Below the pieces are notes generated by a model, which was not told the DNA's origin, ran no database searches, and saw only the letters and a program-made list of their open reading frames with translations. A stretch of DNA of 64,000 nucleotides from Candidatus Poribacteria bacterium (lineage in GTDB: Bacteria > Poribacteria > WGA-4E > PCPOR2b): contig OZ242351.1 of the NCBI GenBank assembly GCA_965208675.1, positions 928,001 through 992,000 of the forward strand, written 5' to 3'. Both the position numbers and the translations under genes were made by a program. Of the stretch, positions 28,955-39,169 are shown in pieces; positions within the stretch are counted from its first letter, which is position 1; each line of letters starts with the position of its first letter.

Positions 28955-30595
28955 ATGCAAAGTGAACAATTAATGGGAACACCCAACACCCTTGATTTGG
29001 TAGCGCGGGCGCGGTTTGCCATCAACGCGATGACGCGAAGCACCAATCCGGAAGCGGAGTACGCTGTCTACTTCACCGGGGTGCTTCACCGCAATCCGCC
29101 GACGCTCCTGAGGGAAATCCCGTTGTACGGAAAATTCATGGAAGGGTTGGCGTTAATGCGCATCATGACGAGCGGTGAATTTGACACACGTCCATCTACG
29201 CAACCGGTGGACTTTAACCGGCACGTGGACCGTGCCTGGCGGGATGCCTTTCTGCGCACGCTAGAGAATCAGGATCTCACATTGGTTGGCGCCGAAGGCG
29301 GACGGCAGCTCGCATGGTTGGCGATTCAATATAAGCAGACCCAAGACGCCATGTGGAAAGAACTCGGCGACACAGTAATCCAAAGGGCACTCAGAACGAC
29401 GATCCATCAAAACGGCTACTGCTATTTCCCGATTGACGCGGAAGGCACAATGCCGACGGCATGGGGGGCGACCTACCAAGGGTGGACGCTTCAGGGCGTG
29501 ACCCAGTTTTATTTGGCGACCGGCTCTGAAGCGGCGCTGGAACTGGCGGGCAAACTCGCCCGCTACTTAAAAGATCACTCCGGCATGTTTGATGCTGACG
29601 GGCGCTTTCTCGCACGCCACGACGTTGATGTTCCGCTCGACCCGCCGGCTACGCTTGGACCTGCGCTGCATTTTCACCACAACGGCAACACCATGGAATC
29701 GCTCTCGGAGTATGCGTGGGCGAGCGGCGAGGCGGAATTTGGCGAATTCGCGAAGAGATGTTACGAATACGCCCGTTCACTCCCCGACTCATCGCCGCTG
29801 GTCGGCTTTTTTCAAGAGTACATTGACGATTGGCCCGATAACCGCGGCGTAATAGACTGCGAAACCTGCTGTGTCGTTGACATGATGTTGACTGCGCTCT
29901 GGATGACGAAGGCGGGCGTGGAGGATTACTGGGACGATATCGACCGATATTTGCGAAATCAGTTCGCCGAGATGCAGATGACGTCAGGCGATTGGTTAAC
30001 CCGGATGACGGAAGAACTGCCGTATCGACCGCCGGGCGAGGGCGAGATTTCCATGCGTTCGCCGGACCGCTGGGTCGGCACCTTCGCCGGTTGGGCGACT
30101 GCCAATGACTTCTTCGCAATCGGCGCGGGTCCCGGCATAATGCACTGCTGCACCGGCAACGGATCACGGGCGCTATACTACTTATGGGAGAATACGCTAG
30201 AATACAAAGACGGAGAGTTACGGCTCAATCTGCTTCTTAACCGGCAATCTCCATGGGTGCAAGTCAGCAGCCATATCCCGTATGAAGGCAAGGTTGAGTT
30301 GAAGGTCAAGGCGGGGTGTGAAAATATTGCCGTTCGCACGCCCGCATGGGTCGGAAGTTCAAGCGGCGCACTGTCGTGCCGCGTTAACGGCACACCTCGC
30401 AAAATTAGTTGGAATGGCCGCTATGTTCACATCGGCAAAGCTGCGCCCGGTGACAAAGTTGATATCACGTTTCCGATATCGGAACGGACGGTGGAAGAAA
30501 CGGTAGGCGGTGTCGATTATACGCTTGTAATCCGGGGCAACAACGTGATTTCCATCTCTCCGCCGGGGAAGAATTACCCTTTTTATAACCGATAA
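28955..30595 (+). CDS. GH127/GH146-like (beta-L-arabinofuranosidase-like) glycoside hydrolase, paralog 1
   Basis: CETCC and HCCTGNG Cys motifs, HFHH, C-terminal beta-sandwich (PYEGKVEL..VR.P.W). ATG at 28955 has a GAGGA RBS; ORF is open from 28676. Confidence 0.7.
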   Translation: MQSEQLMGTPNTLDLVARARFAINAMTRSTNPEAEYAVYFTGVLHRNPPTLLREIPLYGKFMEGLALMRIMTSGEFDTRPSTQPVDFNRHVDRAWRDAFLRTLENQDLTLVGAEGGRQLAWLAIQYKQTQDAMWKELGDTVIQRALRTTIHQNGYCYFPIDAEGTMPTAWGATYQGWTLQGVTQFYLATGSEAALELAGKLARYLKDHSGMFDADGRFLARHDVDVPLDPPATLGPALHFHHNGNTMESLSEYAWASGEAEFGEFAKRCYEYARSLPDSSPLVGFFQEYIDDWPDNRGVIDCETCCVVDMMLTALWMTKAGVEDYWDDIDRYLRNQFAEMQMTSGDWLTRMTEELPYRPPGEGEISMRSPDRWVGTFAGWATANDFFAIGAGPGIMHCCTGNGSRALYYLWENTLEYKDGELRLNLLLNRQSPWVQVSSHIPYEGKVELKVKAGCENIAVRTPAWVGSSSGALSCRVNGTPRKISWNGRYVHIGKAAPGDKVDITFPISERTVEETVGGVDYTLVIRGNNVISISPPGKNYPFYNR

Positions 30596-30766
30596 TGGAT
30601 TTGCACCTTTCTTAAGCGAACTAAACTGAACGAATGCGACCTCAATTTGATTCATGGTAGTTTATTATGCGCCGCGCAATTCAACCTACCTACTAAAGTC
30701 AATGACGATGATATGACATATTGCAACGATTCACTAATCGGTCTTATAGAAAAAGTCTTATCAACA

Positions 30767-32548
30767 ATGAGACGGTTATGCAATTTCAATCCCTCGAAAT
30801 GTTGGAAACTGAGACTCCCATTTTTTCGCGCGATTCTACCGCTCGGGTTGATTGCCGCGGTTTTCGTTTCGGGGGGCTACGGAAAGCTCAAGGAGGAACC
30901 AACGATGCAAAATGAACAATTAGCAGAGGCACCCAACACGCTAGATTTGGTAGAGCGGGCTGGGTATGCGATTAACGCGATGACGCGAAGCACCAATCCG
31001 GAAGCGGAGTACGCGGTCTACTTCACCGGTGTGCTCCACCGCAACCCGCCGACTCTGTCGGGGCAAATCCCGCTTTACGGTAAATTCATGGAAGGGACGG
31101 CGTTGATGCGCATTATGACGAGCGGCGAATTCAACACACGCCCATCTTCCCAACCCAAGGATTTCAATCGACACGTGGACCGAGTCTGGCAAGATGCGTT
31201 TGTGCGGTTACTAACTGAAAGTAAGCCGGTGCTTACGGGGCCCGAAGGCGGACGGCAGCTCGCATGGTTAGCCATTCAGTATCGGCAGACGAAAGACGCA
31301 ATGTGGAAGGAACTCGGTGAATCGGCGATTCAGCGCGCGCTAGATGCGGCGGTCCATCAAGATGGCTTCTGTTATTTCCCGCACGGTGCAGAAGGGACGA
31401 TGCCGACGGGCTGGGGGGCGACCTATCAAGGGTGGACGCTTCAAGGGCTCAGCCAGTTTTATATTGCGACCGGCTCGGACGTTGCACTGGAACTGGCGGG
31501 CAAACTTGCCCGCTATTTGAAGGATCACGCCGGTGTGTTTGATGCGGACGGGCGGTTTCTATCGCGTCACGGCGATTCCATTCCGCACAGCCCGCCAGCC
31601 ACACTTGGACCTGCGCTGCATTTCCACCACAACGGCAATGCGATGGAAGGGCTGATGGAGTACGCGTTGGCAAGCGGCGATGCGGAATATGCTGAATTCG
31701 CGAAAAAATGCTATGAATACGCGCGTTCACTCCCCGATTCATCGCCGCTCATCGGCTTTTTTCAGGAGTACATTGACGATTGGCCCGATAACCGCGGCGT
31801 AATAGACTGCGAAACCTGCTGTGTTGTTGACATGATGCTGACGGCGCTCTGGATGACGAAGGCGGGCGTTGGCGATTATTGGGACGACATTGACCGGTAC
31901 ATGCGGAACCAGTTCGCCGAGATGCAGATGACCACCGGAGATTGGCTGGAAAAAATGAATGAAGGGCTATCATATCAACCGCCGGGCGAGAATGAGATTG
32001 CGATGGGTTCACCGCAGCGTTGGGTCGGAACATTCGCCGGTTGGGCGACTGCCAATGACTTCTTCGCCATCGGTGCAGGTCCCGGCATTATGCACTGCTG
32101 CACCGGCAACGGGTCACGGGCGCTTTACTATCTCTGGGAAAATACGCTAGAATACAACGACGGAGAGTTACGGCTCAATCTGCTTCTTAACCGGAAATCT
32201 CCTTGGGTGCAAGTCAGCAGCCATATCCCGTATGAAGGCAAGGTTGAGTTGAGGGTCAAGGCGGGGTGTGAAAATATTGCCGTTCGCGCGCCCGAATGGG
32301 TGGAAGGGTCAAGCGGCGTACTGTCGTGCCGCGTCAACGGCGCCGTGCGCAAACTCAGTTGGAAGGACCGCTATGTGCACATCGGCGAAGCGGCGCCTGG
32401 AGACACAGTTGAACTCGCATTTCCAATATCGGAACGGACGGTCGAGGAAACAGTAGGCGGCGTTCCTTACACGCTTGTAATCAGGGGCAATAACGTGGTT
32501 TCCATCTCTCCGCAAGGAAAGAATTATCCGTTCTATCACCGTAATTAA
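30767..32548 (+). CDS. GH127/GH146-like glycoside hydrolase, paralog 2
   Basis: Highly similar to paralog 1 with the same Cys motifs. ATG 30767 gives a signal-like leader; alternative start 30905 has an AGGAGG RBS. Confidence 0.7.
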   Translation: MRRLCNFNPSKCWKLRLPFFRAILPLGLIAAVFVSGGYGKLKEEPTMQNEQLAEAPNTLDLVERAGYAINAMTRSTNPEAEYAVYFTGVLHRNPPTLSGQIPLYGKFMEGTALMRIMTSGEFNTRPSSQPKDFNRHVDRVWQDAFVRLLTESKPVLTGPEGGRQLAWLAIQYRQTKDAMWKELGESAIQRALDAAVHQDGFCYFPHGAEGTMPTGWGATYQGWTLQGLSQFYIATGSDVALELAGKLARYLKDHAGVFDADGRFLSRHGDSIPHSPPATLGPALHFHHNGNAMEGLMEYALASGDAEYAEFAKKCYEYARSLPDSSPLIGFFQEYIDDWPDNRGVIDCETCCVVDMMLTALWMTKAGVGDYWDDIDRYMRNQFAEMQMTTGDWLEKMNEGLSYQPPGENEIAMGSPQRWVGTFAGWATANDFFAIGAGPGIMHCCTGNGSRALYYLWENTLEYNDGELRLNLLLNRKSPWVQVSSHIPYEGKVELRVKAGCENIAVRAPEWVEGSSGVLSCRVNGAVRKLSWKDRYVHIGEAAPGDTVELAFPISERTVEETVGGVPYTLVIRGNNVVSISPQGKNYPFYHRN

Positions 32549-32602
32549 ATCGGTCCTGAGAACCCCCCGCACTCACCCAAATAACTGAAAAAAAACGTTC
32601 AA

Positions 32603-32908
32603 TCAGCACTTAACTTGGATTTCCCCGTCCTCAACGAGGACGTCATAAGACTTCACTTGTAACCGGACATCGGTGCGGCACACGCCGGTTTCGACATCGT
32701 ATGCGTAGCCGTGAACCGGACAGATTGCCAATCCGTTTTTAATGCGTCCTCTGCCGAGTGACCCCAGGGCGTGGGCGCATGTATTATTAAGCGCGTAAAA
32801 ATTCTCGCCATCGTTGAAAACCGCAACACGTTTTCCGTTTACGGTGAAGGCTTTCCCCCGCCCGACGGGTATATCCGACGTTTTTGCCACGGGCGTATAA
32901 GATGACAT
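32603..32908 (-). CDS. Rieske [2Fe-2S] ferredoxin
   Basis: CAH...CPVH ligands; AGGAGGAG RBS. Confidence 0.92.
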   Translation of the reverse strand: MSSYTPVAKTSDIPVGRGKAFTVNGKRVAVFNDGENFYALNNTCAHALGSLGRGRIKNGLAICPVHGYAYDVETGVCRTDVRLQVKSYDVLVEDGEIQVKC

Positions 32909-33001
32909 AATAGTTCTCCTCCTGTGTTAAGTTTCCATCGGCACTGGAAACACAACAAGTCTGTGCGAAATGTAAGCAGTCGCTTCAGCACATTCTTTAT
33001 T

Positions 33002-33107
33002 TATATTTACACACATCAAATACCCCCCTGATAAGGGGGGGCTAGGGGGGTTGACACCCCTTTTTTGATCGGATTAATATGTGTAATTTTTAGTTGTAGT
33101 GGCTATA
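33002..33107. repeat. MITE-like element, copy 2 (left end eroded)
   Basis: Near copy of 8443-8548, including ATTTACACA...TACCCCCCTGATAAGGGGGG.CTAGGGGG.TTGACACC...GATCGGATT...TTAGTTG.AGTG.CTATA. Confidence 0.75.
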
Positions 33108-33158
33108 CCATCCCCATTTTACATTGATTCACGGCGGATTGTAAAGCGGCACGTCTGT

Positions 33159-35264
33159 TCACGCATTTTTAGCACCTTTATCTTCCATCTTCTCTACCAA
33201 CCGGTCAATCCTTTGAAACTGCCATGTCCAGCGGACATTGTAGAGGAATTGCCTGAGGTCAAATCGGTTGTCATCAGGCGAATAGGATTCCGCATGATAT
33301 GAAGGCGTCAACGTAGTCATCTTATGGCGGTTGAGTGAATAGTGGTAGAAAAAATACTTGACCTTTGCAGCTACTTCCTGGCGCGAAAGATGATGCCACT
33401 CATGAACCAATTTCTCGAACATGTTTACTGGCCCGCACCGATCAATTTTGCGGAGTCTTCCGAACCGGCTAAGTTCCTGGTAGGTCAACCCCATGTCCGC
33501 TTCGTCTTCCTGTGTATACGACTCGGTGATGGGTTCTAGCTCCGCTGTCGGCGGCGCGTCCAAAACATCGTTAAGAATAGTATACCCCAGATTTTCCGCC
33601 GCCCACCGCAAAAACCGGCGGAGATCCGCCTTGCTTATTCCCCCAATCGGATTTATGTCTGCACTGCTGCAGTCGTATTTTGTTACGTAGCCGCGCAGGC
33701 TTTCGTCCACATTCGCCGTTCCCAGCACTAGCAGTACCCCGCGTTTGCCGCGCACCCACGGCAACAGTTGCGCCAATAGATAGGAAAATACCATGCGCAG
33801 GCGTGCTTGGATGTTCTGCAAAGCGGTGTTTTCCGATGCCGTGCCGCCGTCCACCTTGAACCGTGGCGTTTTTTGGGTCAGCTTTATAAAGAGGGAGAGC
33901 ATTGCAGCGACGACGGAATCAATATTGACATTCAGGTGGTACGCCCCAATCTGATCTGCCAGCTTTTTCGCGCGCGTACGTGTCACGTTTGAGCTGTTCA
34001 CAGTCGCTAGATAGCATGTGTGGAGAATTCGGTTGGCGAATTCACGCGCATCGGTCGGTAGATAGCCGCCCGCCTCGTCTTCTCCGGCGATGCGGCGCGC
34101 GTCTCGGATGACCGCACGATTCCCCGCCTTTGCTTCTTTGGCTACCATTTGGCACATCGATCCGACCAAGGTAGCGACCGTGGAACTATCCGCTCCGCCC
34201 GAGATTGGCAGGAAATACCCCGCCGCACCGGAGCGCCTCAGATAATCCCATAGCCAGCAGGCAGGACCGTAGGCAATTTCTCCTTCCGGTGTGTGATAGT
34301 GAATCTCAATCGGCGGGGATGGCGCAAGTCCATAATCCTCGGCGGTAAGGTCGAAATCCACGGCAACTCTGGGAACCAATTCCGATTGGCTCGCCTGCAC
34401 GCCGCGGCTAGTCTTCGCCCCGCGATATGAGCGGACATCTTCCAAATCCAGCGTGGCGGTTAACACTTCAACGTCGTTTAGCGAGAACTGTGTACCTTGC
34501 GCCACAATCTCGCCGTTAACGGCAATCATGGCACAGCCGTCGAAGTAAAGACGTCCCCCATCGCAGCCTTGCTGGTTTGCGTAGAGGTAGACGCCGCCGG
34601 CTTTTGACGTGGCGTTGCGGATGAGATTTACGCGCTGGTCGAGTTTACGAAGTTCGTGATGCGATCCCGAAGCGTTCGTGATAATTTCAACCCCGTTCAA
34701 GCTGAGGTAGATATGCGGGCTATTCGGTGCAAAAAGTCCCTCGCACGTTTCCGCAGCAAGCACAGTGTCACGCGTCGCGACGGCGGCATCGCCGAACGGG
34801 ACGGTATCCTGACCGGTGATTTCCCGAATCATGCGCGGCAGATAGAAGTCTTCTAGTGTCTTGGAATGCTGCCACGCGGCGAACCACCGCATTTCACGGT
34901 AATTTCCGTCCGCCGCGAGAATCGGCTTCGGTATAATCAGGACAATTTTTCGATCCAGCACGAGAATGCGGCAGTTGTACCGCACATTCTTGTGCATCAC
35001 CGGCATCCCGATATCGCAAAGCATGCCTGTAGTCAAATCGCCCTTCAGTATCTCGGCGAGGCACTCCCACGAATGAAGAAAAGTATCCTGCTCCAGAAAA
35101 TGATCTTCGCATCCGTAACCGGAAATCTCTAATTCGGGCCCTACGCGATATCGTGCTCCCTTTTCTTTTGCAATCTGAATCGAGGCAACAATTCGCTCAA
35201 GATTTCCTTCGAAGTCCATCGCCCATTGATTGAGATTACAGGTCGCGAGGGTTACTAATTTCAT
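33159..35264 (-). CDS. nadE: Glutamine-dependent NAD+ synthetase (eukaryote-like NADSYN1/Qns1 type)
   Basis: Nitrilase-type glutaminase domain (GPELE, K, ETCE) + SGGADS synthetase P-loop, [29 protein letters not shown]; start ATG 35264. Confidence 0.95.
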   Translation of the reverse strand: MKLVTLATCNLNQWAMDFEGNLERIVASIQIAKEKGARYRVGPELEISGYGCEDHFLEQDTFLHSWECLAEILKGDLTTGMLCDIGMPVMHKNVRYNCRILVLDRKIVLIIPKPILAADGNYREMRWFAAWQHSKTLEDFYLPRMIREITGQDTVPFGDAAVATRDTVLAAETCEGLFAPNSPHIYLSLNGVEIITNASGSHHELRKLDQRVNLIRNATSKAGGVYLYANQQGCDGGRLYFDGCAMIAVNGEIVAQGTQFSLNDVEVLTATLDLEDVRSYRGAKTSRGVQASQSELVPRVAVDFDLTAEDYGLAPSPPIEIHYHTPEGEIAYGPACWLWDYLRRSGAAGYFLPISGGADSSTVATLVGSMCQMVAKEAKAGNRAVIRDARRIAGEDEAGGYLPTDAREFANRILHTCYLATVNSSNVTRTRAKKLADQIGAYHLNVNIDSVVAAMLSLFIKLTQKTPRFKVDGGTASENTALQNIQARLRMVFSYLLAQLLPWVRGKRGVLLVLGTANVDESLRGYVTKYDCSSADINPIGGISKADLRRFLRWAAENLGYTILNDVLDAPPTAELEPITESYTQEDEADMGLTYQELSRFGRLRKIDRCGPVNMFEKLVHEWHHLSRQEVAAKVKYFFYHYSLNRHKMTTLTPSYHAESYSPDDNRFDLRQFLYNVRWTWQFQRIDRLVEKMEDKGAKNA

Positions 35265-35745
35265 AGTTTTTCCGTTTCGTGCCAGCGATACAGGCCAGTC
35301 AGATGTCAAATGCCCTACCGCCGCAATTCCTGTTTCACTAGTTCCATTTTCCATCGCGCAAGATACGGGTGTCTAGTGTTTTACACGAGGTTGGCGGCGC
35401 AAAACGCCGAATATTTTAGCATAAACCGCGGTTTGTATGCGGTAGATAATGGTTTCACGCAGTGCACCCGAAGCGCAAGAAGCCGGGCAAGACGCTGGAC
35501 CGCTCCATGGTTTTTGTGACAGAATTTCACAGTTTTCACAGTAAACCGAAAGAACCGGCGAACGAAATATGCCCACAAACATAGGTGTGGTGCGGGTTTA
35601 GCCGACTTTTAAGAAAATGTTACTGTGAAATATTCAAAGTTTTTGTAAGGTATGCGTTTGTGATTGTAGAATTAAATTACTCCGCCTAAAGTTGTCTCCG
35701 TCCATGCGTTGGTCCCAACGAGATCGGCAGAGCCCTTGCCGTATT

Positions 35746-35989
35746 TTGTCTGAATCAGGATACTCAGGATTAAAGGATTCACAGGATAGATTATCCATTA
35801 TCCTCATGGTGATTGACGTTATAAATTCTTATTCAGATGCGCACTTGAGCAACTCGAAACTATCGTCCAATCTTTTCCGAATTTAGACTTGCAGGGTTGA
35901 TAAGCTCAAGAGGATTATTAGGATAGATGGTGTTGTTGAGATCTCCTATCCTGAAAATCCTTTAATCCTGGATATCCTGATTCAGACAA
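35746..35989. mobile_element. 244-bp non-coding element with ~44-bp terminal inverted repeats
   Basis: TTGTCTGAATCAGGATACTCAGGATTAAAGGATTCACAGGATAG vs reverse complement of right end TTGTCTGAATCAGGATATCCAGGATTAAAGGATTTTCAGGATAG (4 mismatches); ~9-nt AGGAT periodicity. Confidence 0.8.
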
Positions 35990-36046
35990 TTTACACAGCC
36001 ATCTCCTGAATCATCTTCGCTTCGTGCCTGAATCTGAATTTACGGG

Positions 36047-36418
36047 TTACTCTCTATCGTTGAATATGCGTTTGTATTCCAAACGATTTGCTCCGAAATT
36101 GATGAGAAGCCCGATTTTAAAATCGTAAGCGACGACATAGTTTTTTGCTTGTGCAATATGCACGTCCTCTAGGTGAGTCAACGCTTTTAATTCAACGACG
36201 ACTTGATTGGCGACTATAAAATCCGCTCTTCTAGTTCCAACTTCAACGCCGCGATAAAAGACTGGCTGTTCCACCTCACGACCAAAATTGATACCTGCGC
36301 TTTCAAATTCAATTGCCAGACACCTTTGATAAATCACCTCCTGAAAGCCATTTCCAAGCCTCTTATGCACTTCCATCGCGCAGCCGATGATTTGATAAGT
36401 CAAACTATCTTTTATCAT
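36047..36418 (-). CDS. GxxExxY protein (PD-(D/E)XK nuclease superfamily)
   Basis: IIGCAMEVHKRLGNGFQEVIY (GxxExxY), RADFIV, VELKA, GLLINFG. Confidence 0.93.
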   Translation of the reverse strand: MIKDSLTYQIIGCAMEVHKRLGNGFQEVIYQRCLAIEFESAGINFGREVEQPVFYRGVEVGTRRADFIVANQVVVELKALTHLEDVHIAQAKNYVVAYDFKIGLLINFGANRLEYKRIFNDRE

Positions 36419-36516
36419 ATTGAGATAATCTTTACCCGGTGTCTCTTGATTCAGACAATTTACTCTGCCGCTCCTTAAATTCACTGTAATGACAGGACAG
36501 ACAAGTCAGTCCGAAC

Positions 36517-36567
36517 GTGGGAGAGGCATACCTGTCTCGATAATCGGGCGAGGGATTGCCGCCCAAC
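36517..36567. repeat. Degenerate REP doublet of a second family
   Basis: GTGGGAGAGGCATACCTGTCTCGAT facing ATCGGGCGAGGGATTGCCGCCCAAC; flanked by TGACAGGAC...GTCCTTGTCA inverted repeat. Confidence 0.5.
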
Positions 36568-36603
36568 AGTGCGTCCTTGTCAGATGGGTTATCTCAATCG
36601 CGT

Positions 36604-37557
36604 TTATTTTTGCACTTCACGCAGCAAATTTACCCAGCTCTGGCGTTCTCGTGCGGGGTCTACAAGCGGTTTAAGCCGTTCACACCACGTCTTGACAGTA
36701 TTGTAAAACGCCGGGTCTGTCTCAATTCGCTCTAGGAGTTTCGCCAATGCGTACGTATCGCCTACCGGAAAGTAGCCCGGATAATCCTCGCCGAGTAGAC
36801 CGATTGATCCGGATATTTGCGACGAAATGACGGGCGCCGAACAGGCGATCGCCTCGCCAACCACATTCGCGCCGCCCTCCATCTGTGAAGTCAACACGAG
36901 CGCGCGGCATCGGGCTAACCGGCGAAGTGCCTTCCAGCGAGGAATTTCCCCTAACCAACGATAGCGCGGATTGGACGCTTCTTCCGCTCTTGCGGTTTTT
37001 TCCAATTCCTGGCTTAGGGCGGCGCCGATATGCACCACTTGGATTCGCGAGTCGCCGCGCAGGCAGCGGGAAGCCATCGCTGTCCTGAATGGGTCCTTCA
37101 CGGGACGCAGATGTCCAATCACTCACACCTCAAAGACATCTTTTTTTGGAGAAAAGACGCCCGTCGGTGTCTTCACAGATTGGTAAATGACGCTAGCCTT
37201 GTTTCGCAAACGCACCGGAAGTTCATCAATACCCACCGCTTGCAGCACGATGAACCGCGACGCCATCTCCAGCGATTCTTGAGCGGACGAATCGGTATGG
37301 ATATCGCTGTACAGATCTGTTCCGGTCAGCGCCAGGATGAGCGGTAGGTCGGGGTATTTTTCCCGAAAGCGTTTAATGGAAACATAACTGCGGCGTGCGT
37401 GAAGCGCGACCATCAAATCGCACCGCTCGCCGCCGTACGCTTGCTGAACCAGGACATCGTGACCCAACTCGCGCAATATGCGAGCCCAGCGCAGCGCCGT
37501 AACACGGTTTCCTTTGCGGGAGCGCGGCGGCGCCGGGGTAACCATACAAATTTTCAT
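36604..37557 (-). CDS. senB: Selenosugar synthase SenB-like glycosyltransferase with one in-frame TGA at 37123-37125 (317 codons if read through)
   Basis: ORF-track pieces 37123-37557 and 36604-37122 are contiguous and in frame. Motifs GNRVTALRWA, ALHARRS, LTGTDLY, GHLRPVKDP, SQMEGGANV, GLLGEDYPGYF; directly downstream of senA-like gene. Sec readthrough versus pseudogene is unresolved. Confidence 0.82.
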
Positions 37558-37644
37558 AGTGTTCTCTTCAGGAGTTTGAAGTGAAAACGGCGGAAATATC
37601 TCATTTTATTATGTTAGCGTCATGGCGTTAACTGTGGCTGCGCA

Positions 37645-38958
37645 TCAGTCGAGCACGCAGGTGCGAAATCCAGCCAGCACGTCCCGCCGATCCGGCGTAT
37701 AGAAATTGCGCCAGGTGTTGCGCAGCATCCGGGAACGCGTTGTCCAGCACCCGCCGCGCAGTACCTTTCGAGATTCGAACCAGGGGGCGGAATATTCCTT
37801 GTACAGGTCAACCGCAAAACCTGGATATGGGTGAAAACTGCTGCTCGTCCATTCCCACACATTGCCCATCATCTGACGGCAGCCGAAACCGCTGTCGCCC
37901 GCTGGTAATGCGTTTACACTGACACAACCCATCTGATTCCAATCCAAGTTAGCCCGCTCAGGCGTATGCGGTTCGCCGCCCCAAGGGAAGCGCCGCTTCG
38001 CTGACGAAAGCCCCTCACCGTCGAGGCGCGGTTCTGCGGAGGCAGCAACCTCCCACTCAACCTCTGTTGGGAGCCGGCGCTTCGCCCAACGGCAGTACGC
38101 CTCAACCTCATACCAGTTGACATGGATGACGGGAAGGCCGGGTTCGAGCGGCACCCATTCGTCAAAATGCCGCCGCAACCATTCGCCAGCCGTGTCACAA
38201 CGCCAATAGACGGGATGTCGTGCCGCCTCCGATTTACGCCAATCCCATCCGTCCGGACTCCAAAGGTCGCTTCGGCGGTAACCATCATCGTCCACAAATG
38301 CAGCGAATTCGGATTGGGTGACCGCGGTAGGCGCAATCGCAAATGGTTTGACCTCGACAGGATGCGCCCATTTTTCATTGTCAAACACGAATTCTTCAGC
38401 TTGAGCCGCGCCCAACAGGAAGATCCCGCCGGGAATTTCAACATCGCCGTGAAGCGTGTTGTCCTTGCAGTCTTCAGGGTGAGGGGCCATGCCAGTCGAG
38501 AACGCCGGCGGACGATAACCCAGCGTTTGCCGCGTATACGTGAACGCTTCGGTGTGCATATCTTCGTGAAAAACGGCATATCGGGTGAGATAGATTTGCT
38601 CATCACTCAATTCCCCGCTTTCAATAGTTTCGATAACCGCATCGCGGACGTTGCGCATGTACGCCAGCGTCTCTTCGCGAGTTGGAATCGACAGCGCCCA
38701 GCGTGTATCGTGTGCGATAGCTATTGAATCCCAGAGTGCGTCCGCGTCGTCCCGAATCGGTTTCTGTTTGCAAGCGTGCCGCAGCACCCATTTTTCTTGA
38801 AACCACGCCACATGCCCGATCTCCCACAACGGCGGGTTTACGATTGGTAAGTACGGTCCTATTAGCTGCTCGTCATCCAAATCGGTGACCAAATCGATCG
38901 TTCGCTGGCGTGCATCGTACACCCACTCAGCGAGCTGTGCCGTTATATCGCATTTCAT
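37645..38958 (-). CDS. senA: Selenoneine synthase SenA (EgtB/OvoA-like DinB + FGE-sulfatase-fold enzyme)
   Basis: VNPPLWEIGHVAWFQEKW, FHEDMHTEA metal His motif, FDNEKWAH, GNVWEWT, RNFYTPDRRD; paired with senB-like glycosyltransferase. Confidence 0.85.
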   Translation of the reverse strand: MKCDITAQLAEWVYDARQRTIDLVTDLDDEQLIGPYLPIVNPPLWEIGHVAWFQEKWVLRHACKQKPIRDDADALWDSIAIAHDTRWALSIPTREETLAYMRNVRDAVIETIESGELSDEQIYLTRYAVFHEDMHTEAFTYTRQTLGYRPPAFSTGMAPHPEDCKDNTLHGDVEIPGGIFLLGAAQAEEFVFDNEKWAHPVEVKPFAIAPTAVTQSEFAAFVDDDGYRRSDLWSPDGWDWRKSEAARHPVYWRCDTAGEWLRRHFDEWVPLEPGLPVIHVNWYEVEAYCRWAKRRLPTEVEWEVAASAEPRLDGEGLSSAKRRFPWGGEPHTPERANLDWNQMGCVSVNALPAGDSGFGCRQMMGNVWEWTSSSFHPYPGFAVDLYKEYSAPWFESRKVLRGGCWTTRSRMLRNTWRNFYTPDRRDVLAGFRTCVLD

Positions 38959-39169
38959 GCCTAAACCTTTTGGCTCGTGTCAAAGATTTTAAACGCAAAA
39001 AGTCTAGCACAACAGAAATAGGGATGCAACTGAAATTAGTCCGCACGAGATGTAACAACGCAACGGTAGATTCGGCATAGTGACGTGGGAAAACGGTTGC
39101 GTTTCAACTTGCAACTGGGTAAAATATTGAGAGGACACGATTTGAAATGATGGACTAAATTTTACGCAC

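Noticed and set aside
36485-36600. Multi-hairpin region downstream of senB as tRNA-Sec (selC) or riboswitch
   Set aside because: No T-loop (GTTCRA), UCA anticodon arm or CCA end found; better explained as a degenerate REP doublet.
37123-37125. Genome-wide UGA recoding (code 4/25)
   Set aside because: Many other genes here terminate normally at TGA (e.g. 18489, 21856, 43812, 44950), and Trp is encoded by TGG.
37645-38958. Ergothioneine EgtB or ovothiol OvoA
   Set aside because: No methyltransferase domain or egtD neighbour; the NPPLWE.GH..WFQE motif and the adjacent SenB-type glycosyltransferase favour SenA.
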